Of a stretch of DNA of 32,000 nt, positions 16,653-26,342 are shown one piece after another. How positions within the stretch are numbered: the stretch's first letter is position 1; every line of letters begins with the position of its first letter. Origin of the DNA: Gemmatimonadota bacterium (GTDB lineage: Bacteria; Gemmatimonadota; Gemmatimonadetes; Gemmatimonadales; GWC2-71-9); NCBI GenBank assembly GCA_039589275.1, contig JBDHHP010000005.1, positions 4,269-36,268 of the forward strand, in the 5' to 3' direction. Both the position numbers and the translations under genes were made by a program. The notes beneath the pieces were generated by a model, which did not search any database, was not told the origin of the DNA, and saw only the letters and a list, made by a program, of their open reading frames with translations.

Positions 16653-19600
16653 AACTTACCCGGCTGGAACTGTCGGGCTTCAAGTCCTTCGCAGACACGA
16701 TTGAGCTACCCTTTGACGACGGCGTAACCGCTATAGTTGGTCCGAACGGCTGCGGTAAGTCGAACATCTCCGACGCCGTGCGCTGGGTTTTGGGCGAACA
16801 ACGGGTGCGCCTGCTGCGCGGCGCGCGCATGGACGAAGTGATCTTTCAAGGATCCATCAAACGGCGCCCCATCAATGTTGCCGAAGCGTCACTTCACTTG
16901 GACAACCTCGACGACTCACTCCCCTTAGCATACAACGAAGTGGTAGTCACTAGACGCCTCTCCCGCGCCGGCCAGAGCGAATACCTCCTGAACGGCACGC
17001 CTGTGCGGCTCAGGGATCTACACGACCTCCTGCAGGGCACTGGGCTAGGCAGCGATGTTGGTGTCGTGATCGAGGCCCAGATGATTGATCGGCTTCTGTC
17101 CGATCGGCCGGACGAAAGGCGCTCGTTGTTCGAGGAGGCCGCGGGCATCGGTCTGTATCGAGACCGCAAGATCAGCACCGAACGAAGGCTCGAGAAGACG
17201 TCGGAGGATCTGCAGCGGCTTGATGATCTGATCTCCGAGGTAAGGACTCAGGTACGCAGTTTGGCTCGTCAGCGAGGCAGGGCAGAGCGGTACGAGAAGT
17301 TCACGGCCGAACGGTTCGATCTCGTGATGACACTGGCTCAACGCGAACTCACAGAGTTTGAGCAGGACGAGAACCGCTTGCGGCAAATCCGCGATGGTCT
17401 CGCCAACCGAATCCCGCAGACAAAGGAGAGGCTGGCGGAGCGGGAACGGCAACGTGAGAACCACCTTCAGGCGCGTGCAACAGCGGAGGTGAGACGGGCG
17501 GAGCTGCAACGGCGTCTTGCGGAGACCCGGGTGGAGATCGAGCGACTCGAGGGAGACGTCAACGTGGCTCGGGAGAAGCTCGGGAACGCTGCCGTGCGGA
17601 AGTCGCGTGCAGCCGATGAGCGCCAACAGGCTGAAGGGCGAGCGTCTCGAGCGGATCTCGAGCGTGACGCCGCGGCAGCCGAGCGAATCGCAGCAGAGCA
17701 GGCCCGCAAGTCCGTGCAGACTGAGCTTGACCTCCGAGTGGACTCCGAAGGAGAAGTGCGCGGGCAGCTGGCAGAACAGCGATCGCTGGTGAGAGACACC
17801 GAGGCAGAGCTGCAGCGGCAAGCGGAACTGCAGCGATCAATGGCCGCCGAAAAGGCCGTCGTCGAGCGCGAGATCGGAGATATCACCGGCCAGTTGGACG
17901 AAGCAACCGGCAGGCACGAGGAAGCGGCTCGAGAGTTGGAACGGGCGCAGCAGCAAGTCGAGACAACCCGGCTGGCCTTGGACCAGTGTCGCAACGACGA
18001 GCGAGACGCGGCCAGCGAACTGGAGCGGGCACGGCACAGCCTGGCAGCTGCTCGAGAACGCGAGGCTGCGATTCGCGTCGACCTCCGGGCGGCGGACGAG
18101 CGGATCGCTCAGCTAGGCGCGCGGAGAGAGGCGCTCAGCGAGTTGGAGAGGGTACGGGAAGGTCTGGCTCCAGCAGCGCAGGAACTGTTACGGTCGCGAG
18201 ACAGGTTCGGGGAAGGGGCTATCTTGGGCCCCCTGAGCGATTTTGTGTCGGCTCCTCAATCAGAGGCACGGTTGGCCGAACGTCTGCTGGCCGATTGGCT
18301 CCACGCCGTACTAGTGCGCGACGAGGCGACCGTGAGCGCCGTACAGGACTGGCACGGAGAGGTACAGCCGGGTCCACTGATTCTACTGCCAGCATCGCCC
18401 GGTCCAAGCCGCAGCGCAGAGCGCGACCTGCCGTCTGAAATCACTGCAATGCCTCCGGCAGAAGCTTGGGCCAGTGCATTGCTGGAAGGCTCCAATAGCC
18501 TCGACGCCGAAGGCAATGCCGTTAGGCTTTCCAACGGTGCTGTCTACCTCCATAGCGGCGACTCGACTGGGCCGCTTTCCCGCCGCGCGGATATCGACGG
18601 ACTCACACGGAATCTCGATACGGCCCGGAATCATCTAACGGAACTGAAGCACGGCGTACAGCGGGCGGTGGTTGAGCATGCGTCAGCGGAGAGTGCGCTG
18701 GAAACGGCAGCAACCCGGACGGACCAATCGCGAACCGCCTTGCACGAGGCTCAAGGAGCATGTGATGAAGCGGTCCGCCACCACCACCGGGCGGAGCGCG
18801 AGTCGTCTGAGGCGGGAGAAGCATCTGCGCGCTTGAAGCATCGTTTCGAGGAACGCTCGGAGAGACTCGAGAGGCTAGCGTCGGATCTAAGTGCAGCTGG
18901 CGAAAAAAGAGAGCGCCTTGCCGGGGAACTTGAACGATATCGCACAGCGCTGACCGAATTGGAATCGGCGCAAGAGGCGGCAAGGGAGAGGAGAGTCCAC
19001 TGGCAAGTGGAAGAAGCGCAGGTGTCAGCCCGGGAAGAAGCTGCGCGCGAGCGCGAGACTCGAGCGGAGCACTCTTTGGCAGAGGCTCGCAGCGCAATGA
19101 GCTTGCTGGAACGCGAAATTGCAGACATCGAGCAATCCACGAGCGAGTCCGAAGAAAAACTCGCCCGCTGGGAAGACGACCTCGCGGAACGACGGGTGGC
19201 AGTCGAGGAGATCAACGCAGCCGCGTTGAATGCCGAGGAGGCCGTTGAGACGGCTGACTCAAATACACGCCGCACCGAGGATCACATCGCAGAGGTGCGT
19301 GAGGAACTAAACAGCGTAACGGAGCAGTCCCACACGGTCGAACTCGAGCTCACTCAGTCACAGGGCCATAGACAAGCATTGGTTGAACGGATTGAGGCAG
19401 AGTGGCACAAGCCTCTGTCCGAGTTGGTTGATAGCACCAGCAACGTCGAAGGTGATACTGCAGAACTGCGAGAGGAAGCCGAACGCCTGGCAAGGGCGCT
19501 CGATGCGTTGGGACCAGTCAACCCTCTTGCGGTTCTCGAGCACGCCGAGGAAGTCAAACGTCTCGACTTCTTAGAGGAACAGCGAGCTGACCTGGTCGAA

Positions 19601-20119
19601 GCACGATCCAGCCTACTTCAGGCGTTGCACGAGATCGACGAGACTGCGCGTAACATGTTTTTGGAAACGTTCGGACAGATCCAGGAGAATTTCTTGACAG
19701 TGTTCCGGACCTTGTTCGAGGGCGGTGAGTGCGACGTTAGGCTCGAAGATGGTGACGACCCCCTTTCCAGTCCGATAGGCATATTCGCGGCTCCGCGTGG
19801 CAAGCGGATTCAGCGAATTCACCTGTTGTCGTCCGGGGAGCGCGCATTGGTCGCTTTGTCTTTGCTGTTTGCCATCTACCTGACCAAGCCAGCTCCGTTC
19901 TGCCTGCTCGATGAAGTGGATGCGCCGCTCGACGACGCAAACGTCACGCGGTTCGTGCGTCTGCTCGACGAGTTCAAGGCGGACACGCAGTTCATCGTCA
20001 TAACGCACAATCCCCGCACCATGCAGGTCGCCGACGCCGTGTATGGAGTCACCATGCAGGAGCCGGGCATCTCGACCATTGTTGGCGTACGGCTTGGCCG
20101 GGAGGCAGTTGCCTCTTGA
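16649..20119 (+). CDS. smc: Chromosome segregation protein SMC
   Basis: 1156 aa; GPNGCGKSNISDAVRWVLGEQ, long coiled coils flanking a hinge (GAILGPLSDFV...), C-terminal LLSSGERALVALSLLFAIYLTKPAPFCLLDEVDAPLDDANVTRF. Confidence 0.98.
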   Translation: MKLTRLELSGFKSFADTIELPFDDGVTAIVGPNGCGKSNISDAVRWVLGEQRVRLLRGARMDEVIFQGSIKRRPINVAEASLHLDNLDDSLPLAYNEVVVTRRLSRAGQSEYLLNGTPVRLRDLHDLLQGTGLGSDVGVVIEAQMIDRLLSDRPDERRSLFEEAAGIGLYRDRKISTERRLEKTSEDLQRLDDLISEVRTQVRSLARQRGRAERYEKFTAERFDLVMTLAQRELTEFEQDENRLRQIRDGLANRIPQTKERLAERERQRENHLQARATAEVRRAELQRRLAETRVEIERLEGDVNVAREKLGNAAVRKSRAADERQQAEGRASRADLERDAAAAERIAAEQARKSVQTELDLRVDSEGEVRGQLAEQRSLVRDTEAELQRQAELQRSMAAEKAVVEREIGDITGQLDEATGRHEEAARELERAQQQVETTRLALDQCRNDERDAASELERARHSLAAAREREAAIRVDLRAADERIAQLGARREALSELERVREGLAPAAQELLRSRDRFGEGAILGPLSDFVSAPQSEARLAERLLADWLHAVLVRDEATVSAVQDWHGEVQPGPLILLPASPGPSRSAERDLPSEITAMPPAEAWASALLEGSNSLDAEGNAVRLSNGAVYLHSGDSTGPLSRRADIDGLTRNLDTARNHLTELKHGVQRAVVEHASAESALETAATRTDQSRTALHEAQGACDEAVRHHHRAERESSEAGEASARLKHRFEERSERLERLASDLSAAGEKRERLAGELERYRTALTELESAQEAARERRVHWQVEEAQVSAREEAARERETRAEHSLAEARSAMSLLEREIADIEQSTSESEEKLARWEDDLAERRVAVEEINAAALNAEEAVETADSNTRRTEDHIAEVREELNSVTEQSHTVELELTQSQGHRQALVERIEAEWHKPLSELVDSTSNVEGDTAELREEAERLARALDALGPVNPLAVLEHAEEVKRLDFLEEQRADLVEARSSLLQALHEIDETARNMFLETFGQIQENFLTVFRTLFEGGECDVRLEDGDDPLSSPIGIFAAPRGKRIQRIHLLSSGERALVALSLLFAIYLTKPAPFCLLDEVDAPLDDANVTRFVRLLDEFKADTQFIVITHNPRTMQVADAVYGVTMQEPGISTIVGVRLGREAVAS

Positions 20120-22389
20120 AAATCCCCGCCGCCATCGGAGCGGCTTGCCTTTCGGCCGCGGCGGCAACCCAAGCGCAGCAGCCGACCGTGTCCACCGCCT
20201 TGAACAGCATTGCGCGCCAAGACACCGTCGTCACGGTTTGGCTGATGGCCCGGCCCGAGACTGCTCTCTCGGGGGTGGAGGACCTGGTACGCCGGGTTGA
20301 CGGAACCGTCCGGCACCGCAGTCGCTGGCTGCACGCCGTCTCGGCAAAGCTGCCCGTGTCCGGTCTACCTGCTGTCAGGAACTACCTTGGCCTGCGTCAC
20401 ATCCAGCCGGTGGCCGTCTTCCAAGGCCGCCGTGAGTACGAGGGGGAGCAGGTTCTGGGTATTAGCCGGGCGGCGGCGCGGGCGGCGTCTGACTCGCTGT
20501 TCGGCCCGTCAGCGATGCCCCCCAGGCAACTCAATCTGTTTCCACTGGTAGAACTGGGTATTCTCGGCGCTGGCGTGAAGATCGCGCTGTTCGACACGGG
20601 TTTCGAAACGGGTAACGCCGCCTTCGCGGGTGCAACCGTACTGGCGCAACGTGACTTCGTGTTCAACGACGAGATTGTCGCTAACCAAGCTAATGACGCA
20701 TCGGACGCTTCGCGTCACGGCACGGCCATGTGGTCGCTGCTAGCGGCCAACCTTCCCGAACAAATCGTGGGGATCGCACCAGAGGCAGAATACATCCTCG
20801 CTAAGACGGAGGATGTTCGCTCCGAGACCCGGGTCGAAGAAGACAACTATGTGGCGGCGCTGGAGTGGGCCGACTCAATCGGCGCTGACATCGTGTCGTC
20901 CAGCCTCTCATACCTCGGGTTCGACGACGGCTTCAGCTACACGTTCGATCAACTCAACGGAGACGTCGCGGTGATCACGATTGCCGCTGACTCTGCGGCT
21001 GCCAGAGGTGTCACAGTAGTCACGGCGGTAGGAAACAGTGGAAATCAGGGATTCCGTTCGCTACACACACCGGCCGACGGCGATTCAGTCATCGCAGTAG
21101 GCGCCGAGGATTCCCTCGGCGTACTACAGGGTTTCAGCTCGCGCGGACCCACCGCCGACGGACGGATAAAGCCTGACCTGACCGCTCCCGGCTATCAAGT
21201 GTTCGTGGTAGATGTTGAGGCAGGATCGGGATTCGCCCGTTTCAACGGCACGTCTCTCAGTACACCACTCATAGCCGGCACCGCAGCGCTCATCCGGCAA
21301 CTCCATCCGGCGCTCACCCCTGCCGAGCTGCTAGACGCGATGCGGCGTACCGGCACGAACCGGCAATCTCCAGACTCGCTCGTCGGCTGGGGCCGCCCTG
21401 ACGGAACCACTGCCGCATCGTTTCCCTACGGCATCCGTCTCGATAACCCCGCTACGATGACGCTGGCAGGAGTGACCCCCTACTTCTCGTGGAGTACGCC
21501 AGACGTCCCAGCCTTCGCGCAACCTGTCACCTACCAATTGCGAGTTGCTACCGACTCGGTGTTTGCGACGGTCCTGGTTGACACGAGCCTGACAGCAACC
21601 GAACTGCAGTTGGATTCAGCCTTTGCACCGGCGGATTCCGTATGGTTTGAACTCATCGCCACAGGGGCCAACGCAACGTCAATTGACGTGCGGCCGCCCA
21701 CCGCTTACCTGGTACCCGATTGGGCCTCATTGCTCACTCTCAACAGTCCGCAGGGTACAACCATACGAGAAAGGCGGCCAACCTTCGCGTGGACGTCGCC
21801 AGAGGCCGTTTCTCCACCTGGCCCGTTCACCTATGATCTGGCGGTTCTCAGGGTGGACAATGGACTCGCGGCATTGGCGGTTGCGGGACTCACTGAGACG
21901 GAATATGTGCCGCAGAGCGATCTCGATCTCAACACGCCGTATCGTTGGCAGGTGATTGCCAGGCTCGATTCCGACAGTTCAGTCGTAGAGAGCCGCAGCA
22001 CGTTCATCATCGTGGACGAGTCGATTCCCACCGCGACCCTACTGTTCCAGAATTTCCCCAACCCATTCCCCAACGAATCAGTCGGGCTGCAGTCGACCTG
22101 CATCTGGTTCGATATCGCAAACGGTGGCGAGGTGACCTTGGACATTCTCGATATTAGAGGTCACGTGGTACGCAACATTGTTCCGGCACAGGGGTTCCCA
22201 TCAAATCTGGAACCAGGCCGCTACGGTAGAGGAGAGGCCGGTGGCCCCGGCAGCTGTGATCCACGCTTCACTTGGGACGGCACAACGGCGAACGGTGCGG
22301 AAGTTCCCAGGGGTATCTACCTCGTTCGCCTCAACACGCCGGACGGCGCTTTCGTGAAGCGCATCGTCTACATGGGAGCGCGGGGGTAG
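20116..22389 (+). CDS. S8-family (subtilisin-like) serine protease with C-terminal Ig-like/FlgD-like domain
   Basis: Triad blocks KIALFDTGFETG (Asp), RHGTAMWSLLA (His), FNGTSLSTPLIAGTAALIRQ (Ser); C-terminus TFTWDGTTANG-like (CDPRFTWDGTTANGAEVPRGIYLVRL). TTG start overlapping smc by 4 nt. Confidence 0.93.
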   Translation: MKIPAAIGAACLSAAAATQAQQPTVSTALNSIARQDTVVTVWLMARPETALSGVEDLVRRVDGTVRHRSRWLHAVSAKLPVSGLPAVRNYLGLRHIQPVAVFQGRREYEGEQVLGISRAAARAASDSLFGPSAMPPRQLNLFPLVELGILGAGVKIALFDTGFETGNAAFAGATVLAQRDFVFNDEIVANQANDASDASRHGTAMWSLLAANLPEQIVGIAPEAEYILAKTEDVRSETRVEEDNYVAALEWADSIGADIVSSSLSYLGFDDGFSYTFDQLNGDVAVITIAADSAAARGVTVVTAVGNSGNQGFRSLHTPADGDSVIAVGAEDSLGVLQGFSSRGPTADGRIKPDLTAPGYQVFVVDVEAGSGFARFNGTSLSTPLIAGTAALIRQLHPALTPAELLDAMRRTGTNRQSPDSLVGWGRPDGTTAASFPYGIRLDNPATMTLAGVTPYFSWSTPDVPAFAQPVTYQLRVATDSVFATVLVDTSLTATELQLDSAFAPADSVWFELIATGANATSIDVRPPTAYLVPDWASLLTLNSPQGTTIRERRPTFAWTSPEAVSPPGPFTYDLAVLRVDNGLAALAVAGLTETEYVPQSDLDLNTPYRWQVIARLDSDSSVVESRSTFIIVDESIPTATLLFQNFPNPFPNESVGLQSTCIWFDIANGGEVTLDILDIRGHVVRNIVPAQGFPSNLEPGRYGRGEAGGPGSCDPRFTWDGTTANGAEVPRGIYLVRLNTPDGAFVKRIVYMGARG

Positions 22390-23157
22390 GTGCAACTCGT
22401 CGTCCTAGGCAGCGGGACCGTGGCGCCGTCCGCAGATCGGACATCTGCCGCCCACTGGGTCGTCACCGGAGAAACCAAATTGCTGCTTGACTGCGGCGCC
22501 GGCACGCTGCATCGGGCCGCTGAGTTCTCAGTACCCTGGCACGAGGCGACTCACGTGGCAGTGTCACACTTCCACGTGGACCATTGGGGCGAGTTGCCGG
22601 CTCTGATCTTCGCGATGCGTTGGGGAATCGAGCCCGCCCGAACCGATCCGTTGACAGTGATTGGGCCGCAAGGTCTCGAGACCCGCCTCAGGCTGTTGGC
22701 AGCGGCGCTGGGAGATTGGGTGCTCCAGCCGGGCTTCCCCCTCAACGTGGTGGAACTGAAGCCTGGGAACAGCCTTAGTCTCTCTGAAGGCGTCACAATC
22801 GAGGCACACAAGACTCCCCACACGGAACAGAGTGTCGCCTTCGCGGTAAGGGATAGAGAGGTGCGTATGGTATATACCGCAGACACTGGACCCGACGAGG
22901 ACCTGGCGAAGTGGGCCCGGGGCTGCGACCTGTTGCTGGCTGAATGCTCGCTCCCGGATGAGAGGTCTGTCGACATGCATCTGACGCCCACTCGCGCAGG
23001 TGAGTTGGCGAGTGAAGCCTGCGCCCACAGACTGGTATTGACCCACTTCTACCCGGTCTTCGGTGACGTCGATCCCGCGGCGGTTGCACGGCGCTTCTAC
23101 AGCGGCACCGTTCGGGCCGCGAGCGATGGGGACCGGTTCGAGATACGGAGAGGATAG
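22390..23157 (+). CDS. MBL-fold metallo-hydrolase, ribonuclease Z-like
   Basis: GTG start directly after previous stop; MQLVVLGSGTVAPSADRTSAA, AVSHFHVDHWGELPALIFA, YTADTGPDEDLAKWARGCDLLLAECS, LTPTRAGELASEACAHRLVLTHFYP. Confidence 0.85.
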   Translation: MQLVVLGSGTVAPSADRTSAAHWVVTGETKLLLDCGAGTLHRAAEFSVPWHEATHVAVSHFHVDHWGELPALIFAMRWGIEPARTDPLTVIGPQGLETRLRLLAAALGDWVLQPGFPLNVVELKPGNSLSLSEGVTIEAHKTPHTEQSVAFAVRDREVRMVYTADTGPDEDLAKWARGCDLLLAECSLPDERSVDMHLTPTRAGELASEACAHRLVLTHFYPVFGDVDPAAVARRFYSGTVRAASDGDRFEIRRG

Positions 23158-23168
23158 TCGGCAGGAAC

Positions 23169-23825
23169 ATGCTTACCCTTTTCCAGCGCGGCTTGACGAT
23201 GTCATTGCTCGTAACCGCCCCATTGACCGCGCAGGACGCCATAACGGCGCTCGGCCGTGCCGAGCAGACGTACGCCGGCCTAGAAGCCCTTACGGCGGAG
23301 TTCGTCCAGACGATTGTCAATCCAATGCTGGGTGGGCCTGAGGTATCCAGCGGAGTTCTTTTCATCGCTCCGCCAAGCCGGTTCTCCATGCGGTTTAGCG
23401 AGCCGGAAGGCGACAGAATAGTCGCGGACGGAACCTGGCTGTGGGCTTACACGCCAAGCACGGTGCCCGGCCAGGTGATAAGAACCGCCATACCAGCGGC
23501 GGGTGCAGCCAGCCCGAACCTACTCGCGCAATTCGTTGTGAGACCGCTGGAACACTACCGTGTGTCTCATGTGGGTGTGGACAGTAGCCAACAGGTTGTG
23601 GCCGACGTAGTCCGATTGATCCCGCGAAGCGATGAAGTGCAGTTTCGAGAGGCCGAGATCTCGATCGCACGAGGCACCGGGTTCATTCTGCGGTTGTCCG
23701 TCAGAGAGCTGTCCGGACAAAGACGCACACTGGAGTTCTCAGAGATATCGGTCGGTGCGCCTATTCCCATTGACGAGTTGGGCTTCGCAGTTCCCGAAGG
23801 GGTCAGGGTCGTGACGCCTTACTGA
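23169..23825 (+). CDS. Outer-membrane lipoprotein carrier protein LolA-like
   Basis: Signal peptide; LEALTAEFVQTIVNPMLGGPEVSSGVLFIAPPSRFSMRFSEPEGDRIVADGTWLWAYTPSTVPGQVI is characteristic of LolA. Confidence 0.85.
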   Translation: MLTLFQRGLTMSLLVTAPLTAQDAITALGRAEQTYAGLEALTAEFVQTIVNPMLGGPEVSSGVLFIAPPSRFSMRFSEPEGDRIVADGTWLWAYTPSTVPGQVIRTAIPAAGAASPNLLAQFVVRPLEHYRVSHVGVDSSQQVVADVVRLIPRSDEVQFREAEISIARGTGFILRLSVRELSGQRRTLEFSEISVGAPIPIDELGFAVPEGVRVVTPY

Positions 23826-24688
23826 GCGTCAAGGCCCAGCTCCAGCTCCCTTTCCAACGCGCTCTGTTCCGCAGGACCCAAGCCTGCCAGCGGGATCGCT
23901 GCACGCGCCAGTATCCGATAGAGTTCTGCTTCCTGCACAGACATCGCAGCCAGGTGTTTTCGCAGTGTACCCCCATCGGCCCGCACTACCGGACCCGTCA
24001 GAGCGAACTCAGGGTCACTCGCGACCAAGTTCTGAACGGCGCCTGTCAACAGCGGTTTCAGTGCTTCCCACGCGGCTTCCCGCGAGAGACCTGCGCGCTC
24101 CATCAGTCCGCGCGCGACAGCCGCCAAAACCACCACGTAGTTGGATGCAAACACTGCCGCCGCATGGTAACAGGGCCGACCGTCCGACGGGATACTCAGG
24201 CAACTCAGACCCAAGGCTCCTGCCAGTTCACGCGCGATCGCTACGGCGCTATCGTCACCGTCTACGGCGGCCCACGCACCTGCGAGTTGAGCAGGCGCTG
24301 TGACGGGATCAGGCAGGGCTTGTAGAGGGTGAAGAGATCCGAGGGCACATCCGCTGCGCCGCAGCGGTTCCAGAGCACTCAAGTCCAGCAGGCCTGACAG
24401 ATGCAACACGGTCTGGCGGCTCTGCACCAAGCCGGAGTCCGCGAGCAATTGGGCCGTGTGCCGGATGTCTTGGTCCCCCACCGCGATCAGTATCACATCG
24501 ACCGTGGAGATCCAGGGTGGAGAGCCGCCACCCCACGTCACATCCAAGCTGTCGGGGAGCGCTCGCTCTTCCCTACCGTGCATTAGCACCGGGTATCCTG
24601 CACGGCACAACGCCGAACCCAGGCCGGCGCCCGCGCGGCCAGGGCCGATTATCCCCAGGCGCCTCAGGGACGGTGGCTCAGCCGCCAC
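23819..24688 (-). CDS. Rossmann-like/DUF2520 domain protein (start trimmed to GTG at 24688; supplied ORF extends to 24739)
   Basis: RRLGIIGPGRAGAGLGSALCRAGYPV, ILIAVGDQDIRHTAQLLAD, HLSGLLDLSALEPLRRSGCALGSLHPLQALPDP, CYHAAAVFASNYVVVLAAVA. Confidence 0.82.
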   Translation of the reverse strand: MAAEPPSLRRLGIIGPGRAGAGLGSALCRAGYPVLMHGREERALPDSLDVTWGGGSPPWISTVDVILIAVGDQDIRHTAQLLADSGLVQSRQTVLHLSGLLDLSALEPLRRSGCALGSLHPLQALPDPVTAPAQLAGAWAAVDGDDSAVAIARELAGALGLSCLSIPSDGRPCYHAAAVFASNYVVVLAAVARGLMERAGLSREAAWEALKPLLTGAVQNLVASDPEFALTGPVVRADGGTLRKHLAAMSVQEAELYRILARAAIPLAGLGPAEQSALERELELGLDAQ

Positions 24689-26312
24689 CTTGATGCGTCC
24701 CGTATGCCCGGGCGAAAAGGTCATCGGTAGTCTCGGCACCGTTGAGGAGGTCCAACGCCGCCTTCACCTGCATGTCGTCTCTCGTACGGCGCATTGCTTC
24801 CTGCTCGCGTCCGAATACATAGCGCGTGACTTCGTAACCTATCTGCCTATCGAGCAACCGAGCGGCTCCGCGCACTGTCGCATTCCGCAGCTCGATCCCC
24901 CGTTCGCGAAGCCTGGCAACAACTTGCGCACGCATGGGCGCGGTCACGACAAAGCCCGTGTCCGTCAACTCACCTGCTGCCTTGATCTCGAGCGCGTAAG
25001 TCGTGAGGACGTCTCGGTATTCCGGAATCCGCGAGCCCAGCGCCCTCGTGAACTCACGTTCACCGGCGCTCAGGGTATCGAGCCTGACCAGGATGTCGGG
25101 CCGAATGCCACCACCGCCGATAACGGGTCTGCCTGCATCCGTGCGGAACACCATGCTCGAATCGACAGCTGTGCTGTCACCGGAAAGATCTCGCAGTTCC
25201 TCTTCAAAGCCACCAACTATCCGGAGCGAGCCATCGACCTCCTGCATCGGTCGCTGAATGCTGCGTCCGCTTGGTGTGTACCAACGACCAGTCGTCAGCT
25301 GGAACGCCTGCGCTGGCCCCATCGGGAACACTGTCTGCACCAGGCCCTTCCCAAAGGTCGGCGTGCCCACTATCACGACACGGTCATGATCCTGCAGCGC
25401 ACCCGCGAGAATCTCCGCTGCGCTGGCAGTACCGCCATTCACGAGAACGACGATCGGAAGGCCGGACCATTCCTCTTGTCGCCGAGTACTGTAGCTCTTG
25501 GTGGCAGAAGCTGTCCGTCCGCGGGTATCAACGATTAGAAGATCCTCTCCCAGGAACAGGTCGACGAGTTTCACTCCCTCGTCCAAGATACCGCCGGGCG
25601 TATCACGCACGTCGAGAATGAGCGCGTTAGCACCCTGCTCGCGCAACGCATCAACTCCCTCAGTGACCTCCTGCACAACCGTTTCGCCAATCGTGGCGTA
25701 GGCGAGCGACATGTAACCGACATCAGGATTCAGCATCAATGTTGCTCTCACAGATCCGACCTGCACTGTCGCGCGCGTGAGTGTGAACTCGAAGGCCTCC
25801 GGCACTCCCGGGCGCATCACCTTGAAGGTGACCTCTGTGCCCGACTCACCGCGCAACTCCGCCACCGCCTTCTCGTTCTTCCAGCCGAATGTTGACTCGC
25901 CCTCTACCTCGACAATCCGATCACCCGACTCGACTCCTGCCGCCTCTGCCGGAGTGTCGGCGATCGGTGCGATCACGGTGATCCAGCCATCCCTCACGTC
26001 TATTTGTATACCCAACCCACTGTAGGTACCGCTGGTGCGTTCTCGCAGTGCGCCAAACTCCTCCGGGCCGAGGTAGCTCGCATACGGGTCTTCCAGCTGA
26101 CCCAGTAGTCCGTCGATGGCCATCTCGTAGAGTTGGCCCTCGCCTAGGCTGTCAATCGAGTACTCTGCGATGTGTGCCACGACGTCAGCGAACAAGCTCG
26201 CACTCTCGTACAAGCCGCCTGCCCGCGAAGTGCCGCGCTGCAGCAGCCAGCCGCCCGACAGGAACGCAACGAAACCGACGAGCGCGACCACTAAGACACG
26301 CTGACCCCTCAT
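24678..26312 (-). CDS. S41-family C-terminal processing peptidase with PDZ domain
   Basis: DPYASYLGPEEFGALRERTSGTYSGLGIQI, PAEAAGVESGDRIVEVEG, LILDVRDTPGGILDEGVKLVDLFL, NGGTASAAEILAGALQDHDRVVIVGTPTFGKGLVQTVFPM. Confidence 0.95.
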   Translation of the reverse strand: MRGQRVLVVALVGFVAFLSGGWLLQRGTSRAGGLYESASLFADVVAHIAEYSIDSLGEGQLYEMAIDGLLGQLEDPYASYLGPEEFGALRERTSGTYSGLGIQIDVRDGWITVIAPIADTPAEAAGVESGDRIVEVEGESTFGWKNEKAVAELRGESGTEVTFKVMRPGVPEAFEFTLTRATVQVGSVRATLMLNPDVGYMSLAYATIGETVVQEVTEGVDALREQGANALILDVRDTPGGILDEGVKLVDLFLGEDLLIVDTRGRTASATKSYSTRRQEEWSGLPIVVLVNGGTASAAEILAGALQDHDRVVIVGTPTFGKGLVQTVFPMGPAQAFQLTTGRWYTPSGRSIQRPMQEVDGSLRIVGGFEEELRDLSGDSTAVDSSMVFRTDAGRPVIGGGGIRPDILVRLDTLSAGEREFTRALGSRIPEYRDVLTTYALEIKAAGELTDTGFVVTAPMRAQVVARLRERGIELRNATVRGAARLLDRQIGYEVTRYVFGREQEAMRRTRDDMQVKAALDLLNGAETTDDLFARAYGTHQGGG

Positions 26313-26342
26313 GAATAACCTCCGGTGAAACTGACTGAGATT

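Noticed and set aside
17045-17821. 258-aa - strand ORF (and neighbouring - strand ORFs) within smc
   Set aside because: Antisense to coiled-coil region of smc; Leu/Arg/Pro/Ser-rich composition typical of complementary-frame artefacts.
22793-23389. 198-aa - strand ORF across the MBL hydrolase/lolA junction
   Set aside because: Overlaps two well-supported + strand genes; composition and lack of domain argue against coding.
24456-25538. 360-aa + strand ORF opposite the S41 protease and DUF2520 genes
   Set aside because: Lies antisense to two well-supported conserved CDSs in GC-rich sequence; no recognisable domain, no RBS-linked context. Treated as shadow ORF.
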